A stretch of 63,905 nucleotides of DNA, counting the filler, from Malassezia furfur (Eukaryota), in assembly GCA_052055015.1 (NCBI GenBank). It is 7 parts of 7 records of this genome, joined end to end, with 100 filler letters (N's around TTAATTAATTAA, not from the genome) between each part and the next. Parts side by side here need not be neighbours in the genome. Positions count along the whole stretch, not along the records: positions 27,993 to 37,169 come from JBQJIT010000433.1; positions 37,270 to 46,445 come from JBQJIT010000434.1; 5 more parts are not named here. The stretch is one strand, 5' to 3'. The translations under genes and the position numbers were made by a program. Of this stretch, positions 33,434 to 43,854 are shown piece after piece. The notes beneath the pieces were generated by a model. It saw only the letters and a program-made list of their open reading frames with translations. It made no database searches and was not told the DNA's origin. Within the stretch, counting starts at the first letter, position 1, and every line of letters starts with the position of its first letter.

Positions 33434-33499
33434 TTATGCAGCAGTCGACTTGAACACGGAAACAATGATGTAGTCGTCCCTGGTCAGCTGGGTGAACAT
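33434..33499 (-). promoter_or_regulatory. Upstream ORF encoding an arginine attenuator peptide-like sequence MFTQLTRDDYIIVSVFKSTAA
   Basis: 21-codon uORF ending 14 nt before the CPA1 ATG; aligns gap-free and in stop-codon register with the fungal AAP core (T..DYI....(W/F)K). Confidence 0.75.
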
Positions 33500-33608
33500 C
33501 AGTTGCCAAGCTGCGCCGGCGCCGCGCGCCGTGATAAGGCAGCAGCGGCCCAGGTTAGTCAGCATGACTCGGTGTGCGGGGCCGCGCTTCGTGGCTCGAG
33601 CGACCTGC

Positions 33609-35393
33609 ATGCCGGACGTGGCGCCCGTGCTCGCGTCGTGGCGCGAGCTGCGGTTCGCGACCCTCCAAGCGGAGCTGGCCGCGCTCGCGCCGCAGCTCGC
33701 CGATGCACAGCGACATGCACTTGTCTCGCGCAAGACCCTCGCGGACCGCACGCGCGAATTCAAGCGGCAGTCGCCCGAGAGCCAGCTCGAGGGGATCCGT
33801 GCGCTGCTCAAGGCGTACCAGGGCGAGATTGACGCACTCACCTCGCGCGCCAAACATGCCGAGGGTGTCGTAATGGATCTCGAGGCGCGCCTGCGGCCAG
33901 CCACCGATCCCTTCCCAGTGCTGGAAACGCTGGCAAGCCAGGCAGATGCGGCACAAGACATCGACGCTTTGCGTGCCGAACTCGCGCACGTTACGGAGCA
34001 GCGTGACGCCGTACAAAGACAATACGCAGCCGCTGAGGCGCGTATCGGTGAGCTCGTCCAGCGCGACGCCGCCGTCGCATCCGAAGCCGCGGCACGCGTC
34101 GACGAGGCGCGCGCCGACGCCGAGCGGCGTGCCGCGGACCGGGAAACATCCCTGCGCCGCGAGATTGCCGCACTGCAGGGGCACCTGCGTGAGCTGCGCG
34201 CGAGCCACGAGCAACTCTCGACGCAACTTCTCTCGGCCTCGTCCGAGGCGCCGAGCAACGCGCATACCGAGCAGATCGAGACGCTCATGCGGCACCTACA
34301 GGACGCTAATGCTCGTGCCGCTCAGGCTGAGCGCCGCGTCGCCGCTCTTCGCGCTGAATCCGAGCAGGCGCGCACCGAAGAGGCCCAGCTGCGGCGTCAG
34401 CAGGTCGAGCACCTCCAGGCGCGTCTCGCCGAGCTCGAGCAAACTCGGGCGCAGCAACGCGACGCACAGGCGCAGCAGGAGGCAGATGCCCAGCGTGCCA
34501 GCGATGCACAACGTATGCAACTCGTGCAGCGCGTCGAGACGGCCGAGGCAGATGTAGCGGCCCTTCGGCAGGCACTTGCGCAGCGCGCCGACTACGACGA
34601 GATGAAGCGCGAGCTCGCCGTGCTCAAAGCCGTCGAGTTTGCGGGGGAGGACGACGAAATGGACGACGAGACGGGTGGCGCATCGCGCGGAGCATCGTCA
34701 CTCGAGACGCACCTTGTGCGGCGCAATCGCAAGCTGCAGGATGAGTTGGCAACGCTGCGTGCGAGCGTGACCGATTTCCAGCGGCGCACGGCCCAGAACG
34801 ATGCGGAGCTGGACGCACAGCGCACGCGCATCCATGAGCTCGAGGCGCTCGCGAAGCGTCTCGAGACCGACCTGCTGCGTGCTGCGCCCGAAGCGCCCGA
34901 GGCGCCTCACACCGGCACGTCGGGCCTGTTGCCGATTGTCACGAGCCAGCGCGACTGCTTCCGGCAGCGGAACGCGGAACTAGAGCAGGAGCTGCGTACC
35001 CAGCTCGAGGCCATGTCCGAGCAGCGCGCCGAGATCAAGCGACTCCAGGCGGACAACGTTTCTATGTACGAAAAGGTGCGCTACCTGCAAAACTACGGCA
35101 AGAGCGCACCGACCGAGATGCCCTACCCTCCCACGGCGCGTGGCAACACCGAGAGTGCCTACCGCGCGCGCTACGAGCAGAGCATCAACCCATTCGAAGT
35201 GTTCCGTGGCCAGGAGCAGTCACGCGCGCTGGCGAGTCTGAGCCCGGTCGACCGTTTGCTACATGTATTTACGAGCGCAGTGCTGGGCAATGCACAGATG
35301 CGCCTGATCTTTGTGTGTTATGCAGTGGTGCTGCATCTGCTTGTGTTTGGCATCCTGCTCGACGTCGGCCACCGTGCAGTGGAGGCTCAGTAG
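33609..35393 (+). CDS. COY1: Golgi coiled-coil membrane protein CASP/Coy1
   Basis: SRK.LA.RTREFK, LLKAYQ.EID.LT, DYDEMKREL, LLPIVTSQRD.FR.RN.ELE, DNV.MYEKVRYLQ, C-terminal TM with YAVVLH. Confidence 0.9.
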   Translation: MPDVAPVLASWRELRFATLQAELAALAPQLADAQRHALVSRKTLADRTREFKRQSPESQLEGIRALLKAYQGEIDALTSRAKHAEGVVMDLEARLRPATDPFPVLETLASQADAAQDIDALRAELAHVTEQRDAVQRQYAAAEARIGELVQRDAAVASEAAARVDEARADAERRAADRETSLRREIAALQGHLRELRASHEQLSTQLLSASSEAPSNAHTEQIETLMRHLQDANARAAQAERRVAALRAESEQARTEEAQLRRQQVEHLQARLAELEQTRAQQRDAQAQQEADAQRASDAQRMQLVQRVETAEADVAALRQALAQRADYDEMKRELAVLKAVEFAGEDDEMDDETGGASRGASSLETHLVRRNRKLQDELATLRASVTDFQRRTAQNDAELDAQRTRIHELEALAKRLETDLLRAAPEAPEAPHTGTSGLLPIVTSQRDCFRQRNAELEQELRTQLEAMSEQRAEIKRLQADNVSMYEKVRYLQNYGKSAPTEMPYPPTARGNTESAYRARYEQSINPFEVFRGQEQSRALASLSPVDRLLHVFTSAVLGNAQMRLIFVCYAVVLHLLVFGILLDVGHRAVEAQ

Positions 35394-36694
35394 AGCAGTA
35401 CCCCCACCGATGCCAGTCCGAGGAGCAACCCGGCCAGGCAGGGCACGCCGAGTGACGCCACACCCGCCGTGTGGATCGCCGGGCCGAACAGTGTGCCATT
35501 GTTGTTCGTCTCGCGCAGCGCCGCGAGGCCAACGCGCCGTGGTTCGTCGCCGTCCAGAATCGTATAGACATTCTTCATAAAGGACGCACCCATAAGCCAC
35601 CGCTTGGCGTTCGCGGTGCCCTGCATTGCGAACAGCGCGCCCATGCACTGTTCGCCCTCGATCGCATCGTTGTCGGTCTGGATAACCATGGCGCGGAAGT
35701 CGGCATTGTTCAGGTAGTACTTGCGCTGCCCGAACGAGAAGGAGATGTTGGGCTGCGTCGCGCATGGGTATGTAAAATGCCCCTTGTTCTGTGGCATAGG
35801 TTTCGATCCGGGGATCTTGGCGTACAGGCGGTGCACCACATCGCTTGGGCCGCCAATCAGCGCCGTCCCTGTATCGAAAAACGCCTGGGTATCACGGGGA
35901 AGGTGGATGTGGGTGGCCCCCACCGCCAGTCCGTTTAGCGGCACCTGCCAGTGCCGGCTATCGGTGACTTGAATGTAGTCGATGTCGCCCTCGTACAGCG
36001 ACGCATTTACGCCGCCTAGCGTTAGAATACCACCGGCCTTGTTGTTGGCACCTTGGCCGGGATGCGGATCGCGTTTCAGGTACAGACCCATCACGCGCGG
36101 ACTCATGCTGGATGCGGCCCAGAATGGCTGTGTATGCAGCACAGACAAGTCTGGCAATGCGAGGCCCAGAATACCTGTCACATTGATAGGCAGCGTGAGG
36201 TTTTCGCTGTGGTTGACGACGCCAAAGTACTGCGGGTCGGCCACGACGTCGCTGATCGCCACGCGGTCGCTTGCCGCATACCCTCGTACGGAGCCGATGT
36301 TGTAGGTGAGCGAAAATGGCTTGTCGAGCGCCTTGTAAGTGCGAGATTTCTTAGGTACGTAAGACCGCGACGAGAGCCACAGGTCGGCGGAGCCCGTATC
36401 GACGATGACCTGGTACTCTTTTGACGGCGTACCGACATCGATTGTTGCCGTCCACATCCCGTCGTGCCGGTAGTTAAGCAGCGGCGCCGCCTGCAAATCC
36501 CGGCGGTCGTAGCGTGCATATTTGCGGTGCACGTAGTCGTCGTGAGCATCGACCCATGCTGCGGCCTCCACGAACGACGCAACGCTTGCAGGCGCTGCGG
36601 GCGGGGTCAGTACGACCTGCACAAATTGCGCAGAGCACACCCATGCCAGGAGTGGCGCAAGGAGCGCTATCCAGCGCACGAGGCCATCCGCCAT
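35387..36694 (-). CDS. Secreted / possibly GPI-anchored pepsin-like aspartic protease (family A1)
   Basis: Signal peptide, DTGS and DTGT catalytic motifs, hydrophobic C-terminal tail. Confidence 0.9.
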   Translation of the reverse strand: MADGLVRWIALLAPLLAWVCSAQFVQVVLTPPAAPASVASFVEAAAWVDAHDDYVHRKYARYDRRDLQAAPLLNYRHDGMWTATIDVGTPSKEYQVIVDTGSADLWLSSRSYVPKKSRTYKALDKPFSLTYNIGSVRGYAASDRVAISDVVADPQYFGVVNHSENLTLPINVTGILGLALPDLSVLHTQPFWAASSMSPRVMGLYLKRDPHPGQGANNKAGGILTLGGVNASLYEGDIDYIQVTDSRHWQVPLNGLAVGATHIHLPRDTQAFFDTGTALIGGPSDVVHRLYAKIPGSKPMPQNKGHFTYPCATQPNISFSFGQRKYYLNNADFRAMVIQTDNDAIEGEQCMGALFAMQGTANAKRWLMGASFMKNVYTILDGDEPRRVGLAALRETNNNGTLFGPAIHTAGVASLGVPCLAGLLLGLASVGVLLY

Positions 36695-36786
36695 CGACCA
36701 GGCACCGCCGGCGCGACAAGGAAAGTCAGGGGCGATGCCTCCACCCTTAGTCAGCGAGGGTTGCGGTGCCGCGCGTCGTCACAACC

Positions 36787-37169
36787 ATGAAGCTGTTGGT
36801 GAAGTCGTTGGCTGGTGGCAATTTCCACCTGGACGTGGAGCCGAGCGAGACGGTAGGTCATCAGCCCCACTCACACAGATCGGCGCTGTGAAGGAGTCGA
36901 TCCACAAACAGCAGGGCCACGCCGTCGAGCTGCAGAAGCTCATTTTCTCGGGCAAGATCCTCGAGAATGACAAGACGATCGAGTCGTACGGGATCAAGGA
37001 AAAGGATTTCCTGGTGGTGATGGTGTCCAAGGTACGCCGTAGCTCTCACCCAGCCGAAAGCCGCCAAGCCCGCGCCCAAGGCCGAGGAGCCCAAAAAGGA
37101 GGACGCAGCCGCCGCGGCTCCGAGCGCCGCGGCCGATGCGCCGTCGGCTGCCCCGGCAGCGCCTGCTGC
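36787..37169 (+). CDS. RAD23: UV excision repair protein Rad23 (UBL domain), 3' truncated; introns 36853-36878, 37032-37053
   Basis: QKLIFSGKIL.NDKT.ESY.IKEKDFLVVMVSKPK ubiquitin-like domain followed by a Pro/Ala linker. Confidence 0.85.
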
Positions 37170-37269
37170 NNNNNNNNNNNNNNNNNNNNNNNNNNNNNNN
37201 NNNNNNNNNNNNNTTAATTAATTAANNNNNNNNNNNNNNNNNNNNNNNNNNNNNNNNNNNNNNNNNNNN
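37170..37269. other. Artificial contig linker
   Basis: Same 100-nt spacer. Confidence 0.97.
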
Positions 37270-38186
37270 GCACCGCCGCCCGCCTCGGCCGCGGCACTGA
37301 CCGTGGCGGCGCGCGGCGCGCGGCGCATCAGCGCCAGCTCGCCAAAGTAGTCGCCGCGCTGCAGCCGCGTCACGGGGTCGTGGGGGTCGCTCGCCTTGTG
37401 CACCTCGGCGATGCCGTTGACGATCATGTAGAAGTGCGTCCCGACGTCGCCCTCGCGCACGACCACCTCGCCCGCGTGGAAGTCTTGCACCTCGATGGCG
37501 TCCAGGACACGCTCGCGCTCCTCGTCGCTCAGGTGGTGCAGCAGCGGCACCTGCTTCAGGAACGTGGCAAACAAGTCGCGGCGCGTCAGGTTCGTCTCGG
37601 CGAGGATCGAGCGGAAGGTGAAGCGGTCCACGGCCCACAGCGTGCACGGCGCGGTGGCCACGACCGACGCCGCGCGCGGCTGCATGTACAGGAGCGCCAG
37701 CTCGCCAAACGACGCGCCGGGGCCGTAGGTGACGACCTTGGTGCCGAGCTGGTCGGCGGGCGCCGCGAGCGCATCGGCCGCCGACGTGCCGGGCGGCTGC
37801 AGGTACACGTCAAGCTCGCCGCTCTCGACAATGTAAAAGTAGTCGCCCTGGTCGCCCTGCTTGATGACCACGTCGCCCGGCTGCCGGTGCACCTCTTCGA
37901 GCGCCAGCAGCGCCGCCTGGTACTGCTCCGGCTCCAGGTTGCGGAAAAGCAGGCTGTCGGCCGTCGCTGCACGGATCCGCCGCTCCTGGTCCTCCGTTTT
38001 GGGGATGTGCGCGCGCGTGGCACGCGCGCGCGTCTCGGCATCGCGCGGCGTCATCGACTCGGCAGACACCGACGTGCGCCGCGCAAAGTTGAAGTTGGGG
38101 GGGAAATCGCCGTCGGCGGGCGCACCCGACTGCTGTGCGCCGGGGTCGCCGTATAGACCGCGGAACTGGACTTGCGGAACGTGCAT
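37270..38186 (-). CDS. BCY1: cAMP-dependent protein kinase regulatory subunit, 3' truncated
   Basis: RRTSVSAES inhibitory site; two cNMP domains with FGELAL...PRAA motifs. Confidence 0.9.
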
Positions 38187-38541
38187 GCTCGCTTTCCACA
38201 CAGCCTGCACGGGTCGGTGGTCGCTCGTCCAACCGCTCCACCCCGCGCGTCCGCAGGCACGGCCGGCCGGGCACGCCCGCCACACCACGTGGCACGGCCG
38301 GCAGAACTCCACCCCGCCGCGCCCGGCGCCGCTGGGCGCCCGTGGCCCCTGTGCGGCGGCACAGGGCCCTGTGGCCCGCACCGGCGCGCTAGGTTGACCA
38401 TGGCATGGCACACACGCACGCGCACGACACGCTCGACTATGGCACGACACGCCCATGCACCATGGGCACCGCCGCATGCTCCACCGGACCCCAGCAGCTG
38501 GATAGCTTGATCGCGCTGATCTACAAAGATGGTACGGCCGA

Positions 38542-39251
38542 TTAGGCGAGCGCAAGGCCTGTAGGTTAGCATCCACGCCGGGAGCGCATGTACGTACTGC
38601 CAAACTTCTCGTCGTAGCCAGGCAGGGTCCACTTGCCCTTCTTGACCATCGCCTCGATGGTCTTGGCAATCTCGGGGCGGGCGTTGATAACGTCCGTCGC
38701 CGTGAGCTGGTCAAAGGGACGCGCGTTCTCAATGTTGCTCAGCGTCTCCTTGAGGTCCTTGAGCTCGGCCTCGATCTTCTTGGCGCTCTCCTGGGCTTGC
38801 TCAACCTGTCAACCATGTGCGCCCCATATCCGCGGCGCAGCGCCGCACCGGCGCAGCGTGCGGACCCCGGGCATGCGTGTCAGTCTCTGCTCTCGCGCAG
38901 GTGTATATCAACGTACCGCCGTAGCCTCGAACGAGTCGAGCGACTTGAGCTGCGCAGCCACATCGTACGTCTTCGGCTTGAAGTCGCTGATGATCTTTTC
39001 GGCCTGCGCGACCACGTCCTTGTTCTGCGCGGTCAGTACTGTTCCGGACAAACGCGCGTGCACGCGCTACACACCTTCAGCACGTTCTTGTAGTGCGAGA
39101 AGTCGACGGTGCTCGGCAGCTGCTTGAGCTGCGAAACGACGCGCTTCGCCTCGTCACTGCGCTTGCGGAACGCGACGAGGTCCGCCGCCGTCTGCTTGCC
39201 CAGGCCCGAAGCCAGGACCTTGCTGAAATCAACCGCAGCCTTCGATGCCAT
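38542..39251 (-). CDS. ATP7: Mitochondrial ATP synthase subunit d; introns 39025-39074, 38806-38916, 38559-38597
   Basis: AFRKRSDEA, VDFSHYKNVLKNK, NIENARPFDQLT, KGKWTLPGYDEKFG motifs. Confidence 0.92.
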
Positions 39252-39402
39252 TTTCTCGGTGGTCGCGAACAAGAGCGCGGGTTCCGCTGCACGCTGCTCC
39301 GGGCACGTCCGGCCAGCGGGTCGGTCCTCTCGGCCGAATTAGTCAACATCGTGTGGAGGGCAACACGGCGCCGCGCGGCGCGTGCGGCGTCTGTGCGCGG
39401 TC

Positions 39403-40166
39403 ATGGCGGTCCTGTCGGAGCTGCGCGCGGAGGATGCCGCGGACGGCGACACCATCGTTTTGGAGGAACAAGGCTCGACCGAGGTACGCACATTCACGGT
39501 CGGGCCCAACGGTGAGCCGGTGGAGGTCGCCAACGCGCCCACGGAATGGCTTCTCGAGGACTCCGACGAGGAGCTCGCGAGCGACGAGGCGCTCTCGGAC
39601 GACGAGCCGAGCGCGCAGACACTGTACGAGCGCGTCGAGGACAACCGGCTCAATCCATCGATCGAGTCCAAGCTTGATCTGGTGATTTGGTGCATGCCCT
39701 TTGTGTTCCTGTTCGAGATCATGAACATTCTCATCCAGCAGCAGTACCAAATGGACATCACCTGGCGCACCGAGGCCACAACCATGCTCAAGCGACTTCC
39801 ACGTACGTACGATGCTACGAACCGAGGCTGACACGCGATGCGGCGCAGTGCTCATTCTCCTGATCTGGTGGTGTACGTATGGCTCTCCCGGAGCTGACCG
39901 CAGCGCAACACGAGCGGCGCCGGTGGCTTGCACAAAGCGTCGTCTTTGTGCTGGGCTCCGTGTGTGGCGCGCGTTTTATCTATCTCATCAACGAGGTACG
40001 CAGCAGGCTCACACAGGCGCCCTTCGGAGAAACCGTCACACAGACCCCCGCGCTCGGCACCGTGTGGGTGTACAGCATCGTGAAGCTCGACCTCGCGTGG
40101 GCGTGCCTGAGCCTCGCACTCACCTTCGCTTACGTCAGCTACGCCGGGCTGCACCTGCTGCTCTAG
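39403..40166 (+). CDS. Fungal multi-pass membrane protein of unknown function; introns 39803-39848, 39873-39903, 39996-40016
   Basis: Acidic N-terminus and several TM segments (..ILIQQQY.., TPALGTVWVY..V.LDL..A) joined by canonical introns. Confidence 0.6.
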
Positions 40167-40299
40167 GGGTCATAGTCACGTGAGAAATTCTAGTTTTGGC
40201 GGCCTGCCTTGGGCGCGCAAGCGCCGTTTGCTTTCTCGTTAGCAACGACAAGGTACGTGCCCGGGACGCCTTCCTTGTGCAGACGCTAACCATTTGCAG

Positions 40300-40644
40300 A
40301 TGCCTCCCAAGAAGTCTGCTATCGCTGCTGCGGCCTCCAAGACGGGCAAGAAGAAGAAGTGGTCGAAGGGCAAGGTTAAGGACAAGGCGCAGAACGCCGT
40401 TGCCCTTGACAAGGCTCTGTACGAGCGTGTGCTGAAGGAGGTGCCGACGTTCAAGATGATCACCCCCTCGGTGCTCATTGACCGCCTGAAGATCAACGGC
40501 TCGCTCGCCCGTGTCGCGATCCGCCACTTTGCGCGTGAGGGCCAGATCAAGCCCCTCATCCACCACCACGGCCAGCTCGTCTACAGTACGTGATCGTTTT
40601 GCGGCACATCATACTAACCCCCAGCTCGCACGGGCAGCGACTAA
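40300..40644 (+). CDS. RPS25: 40S ribosomal protein S25; 5'UTR intron 40253-40299 and coding intron 40586-40624
   Basis: KKKKWSKGKVKDKAQNAV, LKINGSLAR motifs. Confidence 0.95.
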
Positions 40645-41073
40645 ATGGTTTCGTGACGGAGCGGCATGGCGATGGCATAATCCGATGGATTGTGCAAGCC
40701 GTGTCTTGACCTCATAGCAGATGTAGGAGCCATGGGCTCCTATGTACTGTACCAAAATGCCACACGTTACAGAGCATGCGACGATAGTCACGATGAAGGC
40801 ACGAAGGCGTGTGCCGCAGGCACGCGGTCGTCTCGCCGAGCCGCGGCCTTGCCGTCGTCCGTAGCGGCCATGGTGCGCGAGGGACGGTGGCCGCGGTCAC
40901 GACAGCGGCACAGATCGATAGCTAGGGTGGCCTGCGCGATCGCAGGCGATGCCGTGCCGCGCTGGATGCACATGCTTGGTGCGACCGTGGCGAGCGCCGT
41001 ACCCTTCTAGCCTGCTTCGGGAACCAGAGCAACGTCGCGGTCTGGCCGTGGTACATGTCTACAAACCCCACGC

Positions 41074-41618
41074 CTACTGGCTCAGAATCTGGCGAACAAA
41101 GGTCTCGTAGTGGATCGTGCCGTCGCTGGGTGAGTCGCGTGGTACATACGGCCCGACCGTAACGCCCTTGAGCAGCTCGTCGACCTCGTCGTCGCTGAGC
41201 TTCTCGCCGAGGCTCGTGAGCACGTAGCGCAGCTCGCCAACGCCGATGTAGCCAGTGCCCTCCTTGTCGAACACCTGGAATCCACGCACAAACTCCTCTG
41301 TGGTCAGCGCGCGCGCAGGACCTACCCGGCGTGCCGGCGGGCTTGAACCCGTTTGGCCGGTTCAGGATGTTGACGAACGTGGGAAAGTCGACTGCGGTCA
41401 GCGTCGGTGCGTCGGCGCACTACGTACTCTGTGCGGGCGCGCTCTGCGTGAGCTCCTTGACCTCGGCCTGCGTCGGGTTCTGGCCCAGGGCGCGGAGCAG
41501 GTCGCCGAGGTTTTCGCCGTCGATCTTGCCCGTCCCCTTCTTGTCGAAGAGCGAGAATGCTTCCTTCCACTCGGCTTCAGACTGCGGGTTAGCCGCGCGA
41601 CGGGCGGGCACGTACCAT
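41074..41618 (-). CDS. cdc4: Myosin light chain (Cdc4/Mlc1, EF-hand); introns 41582-41615, 41392-41427, 41298-41325, 41126-41149
   Basis: [58 protein letters not shown]; first coding exon is ATG only. Confidence 0.9.
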
Positions 41619-41816
41619 CGTTGCGTGCGGAGACCTGGTTGGGAAGAGGAAGCGTCGCGCGTGTTGCGTGCGGGCGCCGCGCGCGTCGGGGCAATAAACA
41701 ACGGGGCTATGTACAACACGGGCCTAGCAGGCCGCCAACGTGTTTTTGCGTGGGGTTATTTGCAGTTCTCCCGACGCGCGCGCGCACCGTGCGGGTTTGC
41801 GTTGCGCTTGGCGAAC

Positions 41817-43055
41817 ATGCCGTTCGGGGTCGCGTCGTCTGCCGACTCGGTGCGGAGCGCGGGTGCGCTGACGCAGTCGTCGTCCATCAAGCCGTCCAAC
41901 TGCCCCGACGTGTACATCCGGCGCGCCGACATCGACGACTCGCTTGCGGCCTACGAGCGCCTGCTGCAGGCGTCCAAAGCGTACACCAACACGATGCTGG
42001 CCATGTCCAAGGCCTCGTCCGAGCTTGCGCAGGCGCTCGAGGACTGCTCGCGCGTCAAGGGCGCACACGCGTGCGGCCCGAGCTTCCAAGCCGCGTGTGG
42101 GCTGCACTATCTCAAGGCGAACTACGAGCAGGTGCTGTGCGATACGTTCTGGAAAGAGTTCTCCATCCCCCTGCTGAGCCAGCTCGACGTGTACCGCACC
42201 ACGGTGCGCGAGCGCCAGGCAGCGCACGAAAAGGCGATCGCGGAAAAGAGCCGCCTGCTCAAGGAGATCGAGGCGCGGCACCACCGCGAGGGCAAACGGC
42301 GCACGCGCGACCTGAACAGCTTCCGCCTGATGCTCAGTGAGCTCCAGGCGAAGATCAACGAGCTCGAGGAGCTCAAGGCACAGCACTACACAGACGCGCT
42401 CGAGTACGAGGAGCAGACGTGGGACTTTTTGGCGTCCAAGGTCGGCTTGTTGGTGCGCGCGCAGATCGAGATCGCCGAGCGCTTATCGGCCAAGGCCAGC
42501 TCGGACCCGGTGCTCGAGTCGGTCACGGCCGCGATCCCCGACCCGTTCCACACGTACGGGCCGCCGAAGCGCGAGGACCAGCTGTTTACGATCCTGCAGC
42601 CGTCGCCCGTGACGAGCCAGGGCCTGCGCATCGTCTCGGAGGACGCGAGCGGCGCCGCAGCGAGTGCGCGGCGCGCCGCCAGCGCCCCGGAGCGCGACGA
42701 CGCGGCGCCGGCCTCTCCGGACGACGTCGAGACACGCAGCGCGCACGATGCGCTCTTTACGCCGCGCGCCGAAGCGCCGCCGAGCGTGCCGAGTGCGCCG
42801 CCATCGCCCTCGCGCTCGTTTGTCGTGGCGCAGCTGCACGCCCAGCCGTCGTACGGCTCGCTGTTTGGCTACCGCCGCGCGTCCGAAGCGCGCACGGACG
42901 ACGGCGCGGCGGACGACGACGCGGCAGACGAGCTGGCCGCCGCGCTCCCTGCCGAGCTGCGCATCCGCGACGACGAGACGCCGACGCGCATCACGCCGCC
43001 ACCGCCGCTCTCGCCGCAGCGGCATTGGCCCAGCGACCGCGAGATGTGGGAGTAG
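41817..43055 (+). CDS. Ivy1-like I-BAR/IMD-domain protein
   Basis: RADI..SL.AYE.LL..SK.Y...M..MS.AS...A.ALE.C.R.KG helical domain, RDL.SFR..L..LQ. Confidence 0.65.
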   Translation: MPFGVASSADSVRSAGALTQSSSIKPSNCPDVYIRRADIDDSLAAYERLLQASKAYTNTMLAMSKASSELAQALEDCSRVKGAHACGPSFQAACGLHYLKANYEQVLCDTFWKEFSIPLLSQLDVYRTTVRERQAAHEKAIAEKSRLLKEIEARHHREGKRRTRDLNSFRLMLSELQAKINELEELKAQHYTDALEYEEQTWDFLASKVGLLVRAQIEIAERLSAKASSDPVLESVTAAIPDPFHTYGPPKREDQLFTILQPSPVTSQGLRIVSEDASGAAASARRAASAPERDDAAPASPDDVETRSAHDALFTPRAEAPPSVPSAPPSPSRSFVVAQLHAQPSYGSLFGYRRASEARTDDGAADDDAADELAAALPAELRIRDDETPTRITPPPPLSPQRHWPSDREMWE

Positions 43056-43123
43056 CCGATCAATACCCGGAGCGATGGCGTATGTATAGTACAGACGTAT
43101 GGAGGTGCGCGCCGGTGGCGGCG

Positions 43124-43799
43124 CTACGCCAAGGCGCTTTTCCACGCCACGTAGTCGGCCCACGTCACGCTGGTCTTGGTGCTGGTGTAGCGGTAGACGT
43201 GCACGGCGCGCAGCGTCGCGGCGGTGATCGGCCCATGCCACCCCGCCTTGCGCATGGCCGTCTCGATGGTCTCCTGCTGGGACCACCCCTGCGCACTGGC
43301 CACCTCGGGCAGGAAGGTGGCTGTGAGCTCCTCGCGCCCGTTCGCCGGGTCACGGAAGCGGATGTACACGCCATGCACGCCCAGGGTCCAGTCCAGGTAG
43401 TCCGCACACGGCTCAAACGGGCTCAACAAGCTCACCGAGCACTCGAGCCGCGGCGCTTCGTCCGCGGTGATCGGCGCAAAGCGGTGGTCGTGGAAGGCTG
43501 CCTGCCGCGCAAAGTACGCGAGGCCCGGCGCGAGGTCCTGCGGCGTGAATGTCCCGATGCAGCCGCGCAGGCGCGGCGTGCCGGAGGGCGCACCATCGCG
43601 CAGGCTCGGGTAGAGGTACCACGACACGAAGAGGCTCCTGTGGTCAGCGCGGCACGTACAGCTTCGCGTGCACGTCGGGGAACGGCACCTGCGCAGGCAC
43701 GGACCGGTGCGCCAGGTCGGCCGCTAGCACCTCGCAGCAGTAATAGCAGTGTTCGGCGCGCGCGACGTACGTCGCGTCTTCCTTTGCGGGCGCGTCCAT
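43124..43799 (-). CDS. AMMECR1-family protein; intron 43638-43659
   Basis: LFVSW, LRGCIGTF, D.RF.PI, GVHG..I.F, ATFLPEVA motifs. Confidence 0.9.
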
Positions 43800-43854
43800 G
43801 ACCGCCACTGGACACCGGCGCGGACGCACAGGCCCACGTGACCACGCACAGACG

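Noticed and set aside
40690..41010. Short ORFs between RPS25 and the myosin light chain gene
   Set aside because: No motif or splice support; likely UTRs, although a small gene cannot be excluded.
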